Source: Candidatus Parcubacteria bacterium (GTDB lineage Bacteria > Patescibacteriota > Minisyncoccia > Phycocordibacterales > PALSA-1337). Taken from it: a stretch of 64,000 nt of DNA. Positions within the stretch are counted from its first letter, which is position 1, and each line of letters starts with the position of its first letter. The notes beneath the pieces are model-generated. The model searched no databases. It was not told the DNA's origin and saw only the letters and a program-made list of their open reading frames with translations. This document shows positions 1 through 8,044 of the stretch, one piece after another. The DNA is taken from assembly GCA_039799225.1 (NCBI GenBank), contig JBDLTF010000004.1:8454-72453 (forward strand), written 5' to 3'. The position numbers were made by a program, and so were the translations under genes.

Positions 1-1
1 G

Positions 2-241
2 ACTGGAACACCGAATATGTTCACCAAGCTCCAGAAGCCCGTGGCGATAGACCTCGACCAACTCGCCCTTTCACCTGAGGAGCGCTCCATTTGTACATAT
101 ATAAGGAATGAAAGTTTGTCGGCAACTGACCTTATTGAGAAAACTTCTCTATCCGTATCGAGCTTCAACATACTCATCACCGAACTCGAGCTCAAAGGGC
201 TCGTGAGAGGTGAAGGTGGACGTTGGAGGATGAAGGTATAA
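2..241 (+). CDS. dprA: DNA processing protein DprA, C-terminal winged-helix part (5' end cut by window edge)
   Basis: Reading frame is open from the window edge with no stop before pos 241. The C-terminal motif LSPEE..L..EL.....LELKGLV...GG.W matches the DprA C-terminal wHTH domain. Position immediately upstream of topA matches the conserved dprA-topA synteny. Confidence 0.6.
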   Translation, partial: TGTPNMFTKLQKPVAIDLDQLALSPEERSICTYIRNESLSATDLIEKTSLSVSSFNILITELELKGLVRGEGGRWRMKV

Positions 242-280
242 TTTGCCACCTTCTCTACTATCATGTAATACTTAGCCTCA

Positions 281-2587
281 ATGAAGCTCGTCATAGTCGA
301 GTCCCCATCCAAATCAAAGACCATCACCAAATATCTCGGTGACGGTTTCGTTGTGCGTGCATCAGTCGGACACGTGCGTGACCTCCCCAAGTCCAGCACC
401 AAGGCCATCGATATCCCTGGAGGATTCGTCCCTCACTATGAAGTCGTCGCCAAGAAAGAAGATGTCATCGCTGATATCGCCGCTCAGGCCAAGAAAGCTG
501 ATGAGATTATTCTCGCGTCAGATCCGGACCGTGAAGGAGAAGCTATTGCGTGGCACGTTGCTGAAGTACTCCGTGATCGACTCGGCAAGAGCGTCAACAA
601 GAAACTCAAGCGCATCACCTTCCACGAGATTACCAAGGAAGCTATTCTCGATGCACTCGCTCATCCACGCGAGATCGATGAAAATCTCAAGGAGGCTCAA
701 GAGGCTCGCCGCGTGCTCGATCGCATCGTGGGATACGATCTCTCCGGCATCATCTGGAAGAAGGTTCGTTACGGCCTATCAGCTGGACGTGTGCAGTCCC
801 CTGCGTTGCGCATAATAGTAGAGCGCGAACGCGAGATCAAAGCGTTCATTCCTGAGACCTACTGGGCTATCGCCGGACAATGGAAAACACCGAAAGGTGA
901 AACTCTCAGCCTCATCTGCTCCAAGGAACCTCGCGAGAAGAAAGAGGTTGATGAGATTCTTGCAAAAGCGAAGAAAGAATCGTGGAAGATTGTAGATGTC
1001 GAAGAGTCTGAACAGAAGAGATCCCCACGCGCACCATTCATCACCTCCACACTCCAGCAGGCAGCCAGCTCACGCCTCGGATTTTCACCATCACGCACCA
1101 TGGGTATCGCACAGAAACTCTATGAGTCTGGAGCTATCACCTACATGCGTACTGACTCCACCAACCTTGGTCAACAAGCGCTCGATCAGATCGGCTTCAT
1201 CGTCAAGAAAGAATACGGCGAGAAATATCTTTCATTCCGCAAATACAACGCCAAGAGCAAGAATGCACAGGAAGCTCACGAAGCCATTCGTCCGACACAT
1301 TTCGACAAACAGAATGCTGGTCACAATGACGAGCAGAAGAGACTCTATCGTTTGATTTGGCAGAGAGCAGTTGCATCACAGATGGCAGATGCTCAGCTCG
1401 CTCGTACCAAGATTATCGCCAATATTGAGAGCGATGAGATTCCAGACTTCGAGGCAACTGGTTCACGCGTCATCTTCGATGGCTGGCTCAAAGCTGATCC
1501 TGAGTCCAACGGTGAAGAAGTTACTCTTCCTGCTTGCGCGCGTGAAGAAAAGCTCAACCTCATCTCTATCGAATCACAAGAGAAGCAGACTCTCCCACCA
1601 CCTCGCTATACTGAAGCTGGCCTCATCAAGGAGCTCGAGAAGCGCGGTATTGGACGTCCATCAACGTATGCTTCGATTTGTAAGACTATCGAAGACCGTG
1701 GCTATGTAGAGAAAGAAGGTCGCTCGCTCAAACCTACCGATACTGGTGAGGTCGTTTCCTCATTCCTGGAAGAATACTTCTCCACTTACATCAGTGATAC
1801 CTTCACCGCGGAAATGGAAGACAAGCTCGACGGTATCGCCAATGGTACACACAAATATCTCACGACACTCAAGGAATTCTACGGACCATTCCACAAAGAT
1901 GTGAAGTCCAAGGAGAAAGTTGCCAAGGCTACCAACCTCGGTGCAGCAGATGCAAAATTTAAGTGTCCGAAGTGTGGAGCATCTCCTATGGAAATCAAAC
2001 TCGGCAGGAATGGTAAATTCATTTCTTGTTCACGTTATCCTGATTGTGAAGGTGCACTCACGCTCGATGGTGTTGAATTCAAGAAGGACGAACCTATCGG
2101 TATCGATCCAACAACCAATCTTCCTATATTCGTCTTGAATGGTCGTTTCGGTCCGTATGTTCAGCTCGGTGCCAAAGTTCCAAAGGTTAAGAAAGTGAAG
2201 AAGCCAAAAAAGCCTAAGGCGAAGAAGGGCAAGAAAAAAGAAGTTGTCGAAGTCGCTCCAGAAACACCAGTTGTCGTAGAAGTTCCCGCTGCGCCTGCCG
2301 TCAAACCACGCATGGCCTCCATTCCTAAGACTATGGATCCGTCCAAGGTCACTATCGCGGATGCTCTCAAGTACTTGAGTCTTCCCCGCACACTCGGTGT
2401 AGATCCCAAGACTGGTTTGGATATAGTTGCGAACAATGGTCGCTTCGGTCCATATGTCGTTTCCAATGGAAATTTCAGATCTATCAAGGCTCCTCTCGAT
2501 GTCTATGAGGTCACTCTCGAACAAGCACTTGCTTTGCTCGCTATCGAGAAGAAACCACGCGGATTCCAGAAGAAGAAAAAGGATTAG
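281..2587 (+). CDS. topA: DNA topoisomerase I
   Basis: N-terminal Toprim motif MKLVIVESPSKSKTI...GHVRDLP, catalytic core, C-terminal Cys4 zinc ribbon (CPKCG...CSRYPDC), two GRFGPYV repeats and a Lys-rich tail. Confidence 0.95.
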   Translation: MKLVIVESPSKSKTITKYLGDGFVVRASVGHVRDLPKSSTKAIDIPGGFVPHYEVVAKKEDVIADIAAQAKKADEIILASDPDREGEAIAWHVAEVLRDRLGKSVNKKLKRITFHEITKEAILDALAHPREIDENLKEAQEARRVLDRIVGYDLSGIIWKKVRYGLSAGRVQSPALRIIVEREREIKAFIPETYWAIAGQWKTPKGETLSLICSKEPREKKEVDEILAKAKKESWKIVDVEESEQKRSPRAPFITSTLQQAASSRLGFSPSRTMGIAQKLYESGAITYMRTDSTNLGQQALDQIGFIVKKEYGEKYLSFRKYNAKSKNAQEAHEAIRPTHFDKQNAGHNDEQKRLYRLIWQRAVASQMADAQLARTKIIANIESDEIPDFEATGSRVIFDGWLKADPESNGEEVTLPACAREEKLNLISIESQEKQTLPPPRYTEAGLIKELEKRGIGRPSTYASICKTIEDRGYVEKEGRSLKPTDTGEVVSSFLEEYFSTYISDTFTAEMEDKLDGIANGTHKYLTTLKEFYGPFHKDVKSKEKVAKATNLGAADAKFKCPKCGASPMEIKLGRNGKFISCSRYPDCEGALTLDGVEFKKDEPIGIDPTTNLPIFVLNGRFGPYVQLGAKVPKVKKVKKPKKPKAKKGKKKEVVEVAPETPVVVEVPAAPAVKPRMASIPKTMDPSKVTIADALKYLSLPRTLGVDPKTGLDIVANNGRFGPYVVSNGNFRSIKAPLDVYEVTLEQALALLAIEKKPRGFQKKKKD

Positions 2588-2677
2588 AATATAGTTTGAC
2601 TTCTGTCAAACAGATAGGTATTGTTTATTTAGCAAAGAAATCGTTCTTTGTGAACCCCAACAAAATAGGAACTAGTA

Positions 2678-3076
2678 ATGAAAACAGTACTCGTCGTCGG
2701 AAGCGATGAGGTGCTCAAGATGATCATCAAGAAATTGAATTCGATCTTCATAAACACCTTCTCTTTCTTCGAAGTATCGCAGGGCCAAGCAGCCTTGCTT
2801 GCTCTCAAAAGACTCGCTAGCGAAGGTACACCCGTCGTAGCCGTCATCAGTGAATTCAAGCTATCAATGTCACCTATCAATGGTGCAGGCTTCATCAACC
2901 AAATGAACCTCCAGGGATACGGGAACATACCCGTCTTCTTTCTATCAACCACGGATGTGGCTGACAGCATTGTGCTCAATTACAGTCATCGCCTCATCAA
3001 GAGAGCGCCGAACGGCAATGTGTACTTCGGCGACCTCAATGTAGCTTTCGAGTCACTCGCAAAAGCTGATCCTTAA
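2678..3076 (+). CDS. single-domain CheY-like receiver protein lacking the phospho-acceptor Asp (pseudo-receiver)
   Basis: 132 aa with a receiver-like beta-alpha pattern (VLVVGS..., AVISEFKLSMSPINGAGF, IPVFFLSTTD). The acidic pocket residues are replaced. Has its own terminator. Confidence 0.35.
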   Translation: MKTVLVVGSDEVLKMIIKKLNSIFINTFSFFEVSQGQAALLALKRLASEGTPVVAVISEFKLSMSPINGAGFINQMNLQGYGNIPVFFLSTTDVADSIVLNYSHRLIKRAPNGNVYFGDLNVAFESLAKADP

Positions 3077-3094
3077 CATCAGCTTCACACCATC

Positions 3095-3123
3095 AACCGC
3101 CTCCCCCGAGGCGGTCTTTTTAT
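3095..3123 (+). terminator. rho-independent terminator
   Basis: ccgcctc-cccc-gaggcgg hairpin followed by a T-run. Confidence 0.6.
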
Positions 3124-3132
3124 ACAAAAGTC

Positions 3133-3170
3133 CCGCCGATACCATAGATATCGGCGGGGTTGAATATGGA
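3133..3170 (-). terminator. hairpin terminator for the 3174..3446 gene
   Basis: 10-bp stem cccgccgata/tatcggcggg. On the minus strand it is followed by a U-rich tract. Confidence 0.4.
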
Positions 3171-3173
3171 CTA

Positions 3174-3446
3174 TCAGCGCGGAAAAAGTTCGGCGATGAT
3201 ATCGGAAATGACTGGATAGGTATCCCTGTTCGCGAAGCGGGTCAAGCTATTCCCGATACTGCGACAATTTACCATGCCATAGCTGGCGAGCAAACTTCTG
3301 ACTCGGTTGCGAATCATCGGATCATCAGGATCAGAACAAAGATCCTTGAACGGCTCCGATTCGAAAAACGCATGTTTGCCTTCAGCGAAAGATGCTTCGG
3401 GTACATGCATATCCAACTCCAACTGGGCGGTTGTGGTTGCACTCAT
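3174..3446 (-). CDS. hypothetical protein (90 aa)
   Basis: ORF with its own downstream hairpin. No recognisable motif. Confidence 0.35.
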   Translation of the reverse strand: MSATTTAQLELDMHVPEASFAEGKHAFFESEPFKDLCSDPDDPMIRNRVRSLLASYGMVNCRSIGNSLTRFANRDTYPVISDIIAELFPR

Positions 3447-3774
3447 AATATAAGAACCTCCAGGGGCAAGTATACCTCATCGCCGCAACTATTCAATGCG
3501 AATTCACATTGACAACAATCCCCTATATGCAAGAATTGTTCCGGAGCACTCCTGTATGCGAACATGATGCACGCCATGACTAAAGCTCTTTACGTGCTAT
3601 CCAGACTTCCGGCCTCTGTCCTTCGAGGGGCGCTGCCACCTTGGCTGTAGGGAGGAAATCACAGCCATATGAGGTTCGCACCTCTAGGCATCTGGAAAGG
3701 TCCGCACTAGCCCAACGGAAGATTGTAGGTGCGCGACTTGACGAACGGGTATTAAGATATCATGCCTAACGTCT

Positions 3775-3818
3775 CAAAAAATAACGCCAGCCGCACAGGA
3801 GCGGCTGGTTTTTTTATT
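3775..3818. terminator. bidirectional intrinsic terminator (A-run, GC hairpin, T-run)
   Basis: Hairpin ccagccgc-acagga-gcggctgg flanked by A6 and T9. Terminates parB on the minus strand. Confidence 0.6.
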
Positions 3819-3828
3819 ATACCTAAAC

Positions 3829-4803
3829 CTACAACGAGAAATTCTTGAGTGAGTAAATCTCCTCATTCTCTTCTTTGGCAGCCTCAGCAGGAGCACGATC
3901 ATCGACTGGTGCGGCGTCAGCAGCAGGAGCATCTGGCATCTGAACAGCCTCTTTCGAAACTGATGCTTCAGACTTCTGATTGTTCAATTTCTCAAGAAGA
4001 GTCCTGAGATCATCGGGACTGAAGAAATCAATCGTGACAGTACCTCCCTCCTTGGTTTTCTCGATACGCACGCGCGTGCCAAGAGTTTCGGTGAAGTTCT
4101 TCTCCATCTCAATCATCGTAGGGTCGAGATACTTGCCCTTATTGCGAATGCGCTCAGTGGCGACGCGGCGAGAAAGTGATTCTGCTTCACGGACAGTGAG
4201 CTTCTTGGACATGATCTCCTTGAAGAGCACAACCTGTTCATCAGGACGATCGGTCAACATCAAGAGTGGGCGAGTATGACCTTCTGAAATCTTACCTTCT
4301 TCGAGTGCAGTAATCATATCGTCTGGAAGAGCGAGGATACGCATACTGTTGGAAACATATTCACGGCTCTTACCCACCTTCTCAGCGATCTGAGCCTGCT
4401 TGAGTCCGAATTCTTTTGCGAGACGCTCGAATGAACGGGCACGGTCAACAGGATTGAGATCTTCGCGCTGGAGGTTCTCAATGATAGCCATCTCGAGCTT
4501 GAGCTGACTGTCCTGCTCTCCACTGCGGATGAGGACGGGTACCTGAGCGAGACCAGCGAGCTTGGATGCGCGGAGACGGCGCTCTCCTGAGACGAGCTCA
4601 TACTCGACGGTCATACCTCCTCCTTCATGGAACACTTCATTACGAGTCACGACAAGCGGCTGGAGCACGCCATACATGCGGATAGATTCTGACAAACTCT
4701 TGAGGGCTTCCTGGTCAAATTCGCGGCGCGGCTGATAAGGGTTGGGGCTCACCTTCTCGATCTCGACCCAGAAGATAGCATCGTTTACATAATTTGAAGA
4801 CAT
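3829..4803 (-). CDS. parB: ParB/Spo0J-family partition protein
   Basis: Conserved ParB N-domain (GERRLRASKLAG, VPVLIR), HTH region (QAQIAEKVGKSREYVSNSMRIL) and an acidic C-terminal tail. No parA is adjacent. Confidence 0.9.
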   Translation of the reverse strand: MSSNYVNDAIFWVEIEKVSPNPYQPRREFDQEALKSLSESIRMYGVLQPLVVTRNEVFHEGGGMTVEYELVSGERRLRASKLAGLAQVPVLIRSGEQDSQLKLEMAIIENLQREDLNPVDRARSFERLAKEFGLKQAQIAEKVGKSREYVSNSMRILALPDDMITALEEGKISEGHTRPLLMLTDRPDEQVVLFKEIMSKKLTVREAESLSRRVATERIRNKGKYLDPTMIEMEKNFTETLGTRVRIEKTKEGGTVTIDFFSPDDLRTLLEKLNNQKSEASVSKEAVQMPDAPAADAAPVDDRAPAEAAKEENEEIYSLKNFSL

Positions 4804-4851
4804 GCCCGTATTTTATCAGAGCGCAGCGATAATGAGAAATATCAGTGCCTG

Positions 4852-4879
4852 TTTGATTTCAGGCCGTTTTCGGGTAGAC
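4852..4879 (+). promoter_or_regulatory. sigma70-like promoter TTGATT-N16-TAGACT upstream of tRNA-Leu(CAA)
   Basis: Hexamers with 16-nt spacing end about 11 nt before the tRNA 5' end. Confidence 0.35.
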
Positions 4880-4890
4880 TGTCAGGTATC

Positions 4891-4975
4891 GCCGGGATGG
4901 CGGAATTGGTAGACGCACACGACTCAAAATCGTGCGGAGTAATCCATGGGAGTTCGATTCTCCCTCCCGGCACCA
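4891..4975 (+). tRNA. tRNA-Leu(CAA): tRNA-Leu(CAA), type II, CCA encoded
   Basis: Cloverleaf folded by hand: acceptor gccggga/tcccggc, anticodon loop cuCAAaa, long variable arm, T-arm gggag-ttcgatt-ctccc, discriminator A, CCA. Confidence 0.9.
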
Positions 4976-5136
4976 CAAAACAATAAGACTATCCGGAACT
5001 CAATGCCGGGAAGTGAGTCGCCTGCGCGACTCACGTGGGAGAATCGAAAAGGTTGAGCATATTTTCGAAGAGCTCTGCTCTGAGAAAATGCGAAACCTGT
5101 ACAGGTCCTGTAGGGACCGATTCCCTCCCGGCACCA
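4976..5136 (+). ncRNA. conserved tRNA-Leu 3'-trailer structured element, copy 1 (unclassified)
   Basis: About 160 nt directly after the tRNA. Hairpin 5013..5034 (gtgagtcgc-ctgc-gcgactcac) and hairpin 5062..5088. Conserved blocks CGAAAAGGYTGAGCAT and GCGAARCC. Ends with a second copy of the tRNA T-arm and acceptor 3' strand (cgattccctcccggcacca). A homolog with compensatory stem changes lies at 22508..22663. Confidence 0.4.
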
Positions 5137-5199
5137 CAAAACGAAATATAAAAAAGGACCGCCAAAGCGATCCTGTGAAAGGTTACGAGAATTCGAGCA

Positions 5200-5910
5200 T
5201 CACCGCACCGCAATACGTCCGATGACATTGTCAATCTCAACTTGAAGCGGGGTGACGAGCCAAAGCTGGCGATTCACTTCCCTGACCAAAGATCCAACGA
5301 ACTCCTTGAGACCCCACAACATGAACCAACCAATGAAACGATCTCTCTCAAAGAGAGGCCTCAAAAACTCAGGTGTGATTTCGACCAACCGATTACTGTT
5401 TGGTATCCACATATAGTTTCCCGTATTCGCAATGACCACCATGGCACCGACGTACCCTTCGAGCCCGGGGATTATCGAAGGGGGGACCACTGGATTAAAT
5501 TCGCGAGGATAAAAACTTGCAAATACTTTGATTTCTTCGCGCAACACCCCTTCAGGAAGCTCGGGCTGAGAATCATTCCGAGCATCTACCAACTGAGCTT
5601 CTTCAAGGGTCTTCGTGGGTACACGAAGGTGGTGCTCACATTTTGAATTAACATGCCCGAGCGCCCGCATGACGATCTGAGCCAAAACCTCTGCAGGGAT
5701 TTCAGTCAACTTTACCATATCCTTGCCATAGATTACCGTCGCGAGACGATATGTCTCATCATCCTCGAATCGCTTCAAATCAATCCGTTGCGGATGCAGC
5801 TCCTGAGCTCGACGCAACGTCGCACTCAACCTGAGTGCTCTCGGTGAAAATTCACCTGTGCCTTTCTCTACACCTTCGGGAGGTTTCGTTTCTTGATTCA
5901 TAGTTTTCAA
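5200..5910 (-). CDS. hypothetical protein (236 aa)
   Basis: Longest ORF in this interval. Chosen over the antisense 5242..5646 ORF. No recognisable motif. Confidence 0.45.
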   Translation of the reverse strand: MKTMNQETKPPEGVEKGTGEFSPRALRLSATLRRAQELHPQRIDLKRFEDDETYRLATVIYGKDMVKLTEIPAEVLAQIVMRALGHVNSKCEHHLRVPTKTLEEAQLVDARNDSQPELPEGVLREEIKVFASFYPREFNPVVPPSIIPGLEGYVGAMVVIANTGNYMWIPNSNRLVEITPEFLRPLFERDRFIGWFMLWGLKEFVGSLVREVNRQLWLVTPLQVEIDNVIGRIAVR

Positions 5911-5964
5911 TCTTTCTGTTGTGTTCGCCTTCGTGGCGATTCTACAAAAAACCCTACATTAAAT

Positions 5965-5992
5965 TTGTAAAAAAGTAAATACCTGCTATACT
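5965..5992 (+). promoter_or_regulatory. sigma70-like promoter TTGTAA-N16-TATACT upstream of miaA
   Basis: Hexamers sit 19 nt before the miaA ATG in an AT-rich divergent region. Confidence 0.35.
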
Positions 5993-6010
5993 CTCCTTTC
6001 GAACATATTC

Positions 6011-6928
6011 ATGACCACCTCAGCCGCAAAACCAAAGCTTATCGTCATCGTCGGCCCTACCGCGTCTGGTAAGAGCGACCTTGCAGTACGCATGGCACAA
6101 AAATACAACGGTGAAGTCATCTCCGCCGACTCACGCCAGGTATACACTGGCCTCGACATTGGTACGGGAAAGATCACCACTGCCGAAATGCAGGGTGTCC
6201 CTCATCATCTCCTCGATGTCATGAGTCCACACGAACGCATGACTGCCATCGACTGGAAGGTTCTCGCTGAGAAAGCAATCGACGATATCATTTCCCGCGG
6301 CAAGCTCCCTATCATCTGTGGTGGCACTGGTTTCTATATCTCCGCACTCATCGATGATCTCGGTTTCCCTGACGTGGAAGCAGATACGGATGAACAGAAA
6401 GAGCTCGAGGAGAAGTCTGTCGACGAACTCTTCATAGAGCTCAAGAAGGTAGATCCTGCTCGCTCCTCGACCATCGACCCCAAGAACAAGCGTCGCCTCG
6501 CACGCGCCATCATCATCGCTCGCAGATTGGGCGCGGTACCTCCAGTGACCAAACCAGTCGAACCGAAATACGACGTACTCATGATTGGTATCAAGTGGTC
6601 GGATGAAGAGCTCAAGGATCGCATTCAGAAAAGATTGATCTCTCGCGTTGATGGAGGAATGATTGAGGAGGCTCAGAAATTGAACTCACCTGAAGGTGTA
6701 AACCTCTCATTCGAGCGCATGGAAGAGATGGGACTCGAATATAGATATCTCGCATATCTCTTGAAAAAAGAATTGACCAAAGAACAGCTCGTTGAGCGTC
6801 TCTCATCCAAAATCTGGCAGTATGCCAAGAGGCAGATGACCTGGTTTAAGAAAGATACTCGTATCCAGTGGTTCGCACCAAATGAGTTTGGTGATGCTGA
6901 GAAGAAGATCGAGGAATTCACCAAATAA
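6011..6928 (+). CDS. miaA: tRNA dimethylallyltransferase
   Basis: P-loop GPTASGKS and the conserved ADSRQVY, ITTAE and PIICGGTGFY blocks. Confidence 0.9.
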   Translation: MTTSAAKPKLIVIVGPTASGKSDLAVRMAQKYNGEVISADSRQVYTGLDIGTGKITTAEMQGVPHHLLDVMSPHERMTAIDWKVLAEKAIDDIISRGKLPIICGGTGFYISALIDDLGFPDVEADTDEQKELEEKSVDELFIELKKVDPARSSTIDPKNKRRLARAIIIARRLGAVPPVTKPVEPKYDVLMIGIKWSDEELKDRIQKRLISRVDGGMIEEAQKLNSPEGVNLSFERMEEMGLEYRYLAYLLKKELTKEQLVERLSSKIWQYAKRQMTWFKKDTRIQWFAPNEFGDAEKKIEEFTK

Positions 6929-7185
6929 AAAAGCGACATCCGAGGAGGACGTCGCTTAAGTGGAACCGGAGGAGTGTTCTGCCATTCGATTTGCTCTGCC
7001 ATGAAAAGGCGCGAGCGTACGAAACAACTTCCTCAGATATGGTCATCTCGCCGAATTCTCACGAGAGACAGGTCCTTGGCTATGAAAAAGCGTGGAGACC
7101 AATCGCGGGAATGCGAACGGAAAGAAACATATCTACCTCATGGTATGGTACTTGATTCCGTTAACTATTATAGCACACTAAATAT

Positions 7186-7225
7186 AAAAAATCAAGCGCA
7201 CCCCATAGAAGCGGTGCGCTTGTGA
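7186..7225 (-). terminator. hairpin terminator downstream of aroD
   Basis: aagcgcacc...ggtgcgctt stem. A U-tract follows on the minus strand. Confidence 0.4.
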
Positions 7226-7242
7226 TTACGAAGCAGTCGAGC

Positions 7243-7935
7243 TCATTCATCGACGAGCTCAGCCAGTCTCTCCCTGATCTCCGATGCTTTCCATTGGCCA
7301 GACACAACTTTGCCACTAAGAAAGCCATAGACAAGCGTCGTCTTGGCAGAACCGAAGAGAAGGCGGGATACCTTTCCATATGCTGGACCCATCGCCATAG
7401 CGGCAACTGGAATGCCATATCGAGCCTCGAGGCTACCAGCACAGGTGATGAACTGTCCGAGCTCCGCCAAGGTATCGGGGAAAAAAGCCACCTTGAATAT
7501 GTCACCCCTTTGCACAGTGCACGCGACCGCCGCATTGCACACATCGAGAGGATCGAACGGGCTTTCGAATACGTGTAAGGAGATGATAAGTCCGACACCT
7601 TGCTTCTTCGCCTTGTCGATAACTTGTTTCATCTGGATAGCCGTTGATGCCTCGACATCAATGAGTGTAGCGAGGTCCAAGTAACGCAGGTAGAGCGCGA
7701 TACGCTTTCGCGGATCGAGAGGGGCATTACCCCTTTCTCCCGCACAACGGACAGTGATGATGAGCGGCCGCTCCAGTTTTTTGAGCAAGCGCTTGTTAGG
7801 GGCATACTTGTCTGCCCGGAGTTCGAAGAGGTCGATACTCCCGGGATGGTCGACGGCTAGCCACAGGTCATCTTCCGACGCTATGACGCCCACGACATTG
7901 GTTCTGCCGAGGATTTTCTTGAGTTTTGTTTTCAT
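7243..7935 (-). CDS. aroD: type I 3-dehydroquinate dehydratase
   Basis: Alignable blocks with AroD from memory: PLIITVR vs PLLFTFR, ISLH-F-SP vs SNHDFHKTP, FKVAF-P vs IPKIALMP, PVAAMAMGPAYGKVSRLL...FGSA vs PIITMSMAKTGVISRL..FGSA. Confidence 0.7.
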   Translation of the reverse strand: MKTKLKKILGRTNVVGVIASEDDLWLAVDHPGSIDLFELRADKYAPNKRLLKKLERPLIITVRCAGERGNAPLDPRKRIALYLRYLDLATLIDVEASTAIQMKQVIDKAKKQGVGLIISLHVFESPFDPLDVCNAAVACTVQRGDIFKVAFFPDTLAELGQFITCAGSLEARYGIPVAAMAMGPAYGKVSRLLFGSAKTTLVYGFLSGKVVSGQWKASEIRERLAELVDE

Positions 7936-8002
7936 AGGTTCACTCCAATCTGAACCTATCCAACCATAAATATAAAAAGGTGTAAAGCACTTGTTTGCAA
8001 AT

Positions 8003-8040
8003 AAAAAAGGCGACTCATATGAGCCGCCTTGAAACTAACA
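8003..8040 (-). terminator. hairpin + U-run terminator downstream of 8045..8389
   Basis: aaggcg-ctcatatgag-cgcctt structure. T6 follows on the minus strand. Confidence 0.45.
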
Positions 8041-8044
8041 AAAC

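Noticed and set aside
339-2524. Internal alternative-frame ORFs within topA (339..815, 996..1355, 1371..1709, 2030..2524(-), 2161..2487(-))
   Set aside because: They overlap a gene with unambiguous topA motifs in another frame and have low-complexity, Ser/Arg-rich translations typical of off-frame reads.
3447-3828. Assigning the long parB-proximal spacer to RNase P RNA, SRP RNA or tmRNA
   Set aside because: Diagnostic motifs are not found on either strand: the RNase P P4 strands, the SRP domain IV GGAAGGAAGCAGC, and the tmRNA tag reading frame and 3' tRNA-like end. It is kept only as an unclassified candidate.
4924-5240. ORFs 4924..5139(-), 4932..5225(+), 5031..5240(-), and at the second locus 22407..22676(-), 22432..22638(+), 22459..22689(-)
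   Set aside because: They run across tRNA-Leu genes and the conserved trailer element. The similarity between the two minus-strand peptides reflects nucleotide conservation of the RNA element, not a protein.
5242-5646. Plus-strand ORF (134 aa) antisense to 5200..5910
   Set aside because: It is shorter and its composition is odd (His/Pro/Arg-rich). The minus-strand 236-aa ORF was preferred, although neither has recognisable homology, so strand assignment here is tentative.
6974-7225. 83-aa plus-strand ORF between the convergent miaA and aroD genes
   Set aside because: It is Arg/Ser-rich and overlaps the aroD terminator hairpin. It is most likely non-coding convergent spacer.
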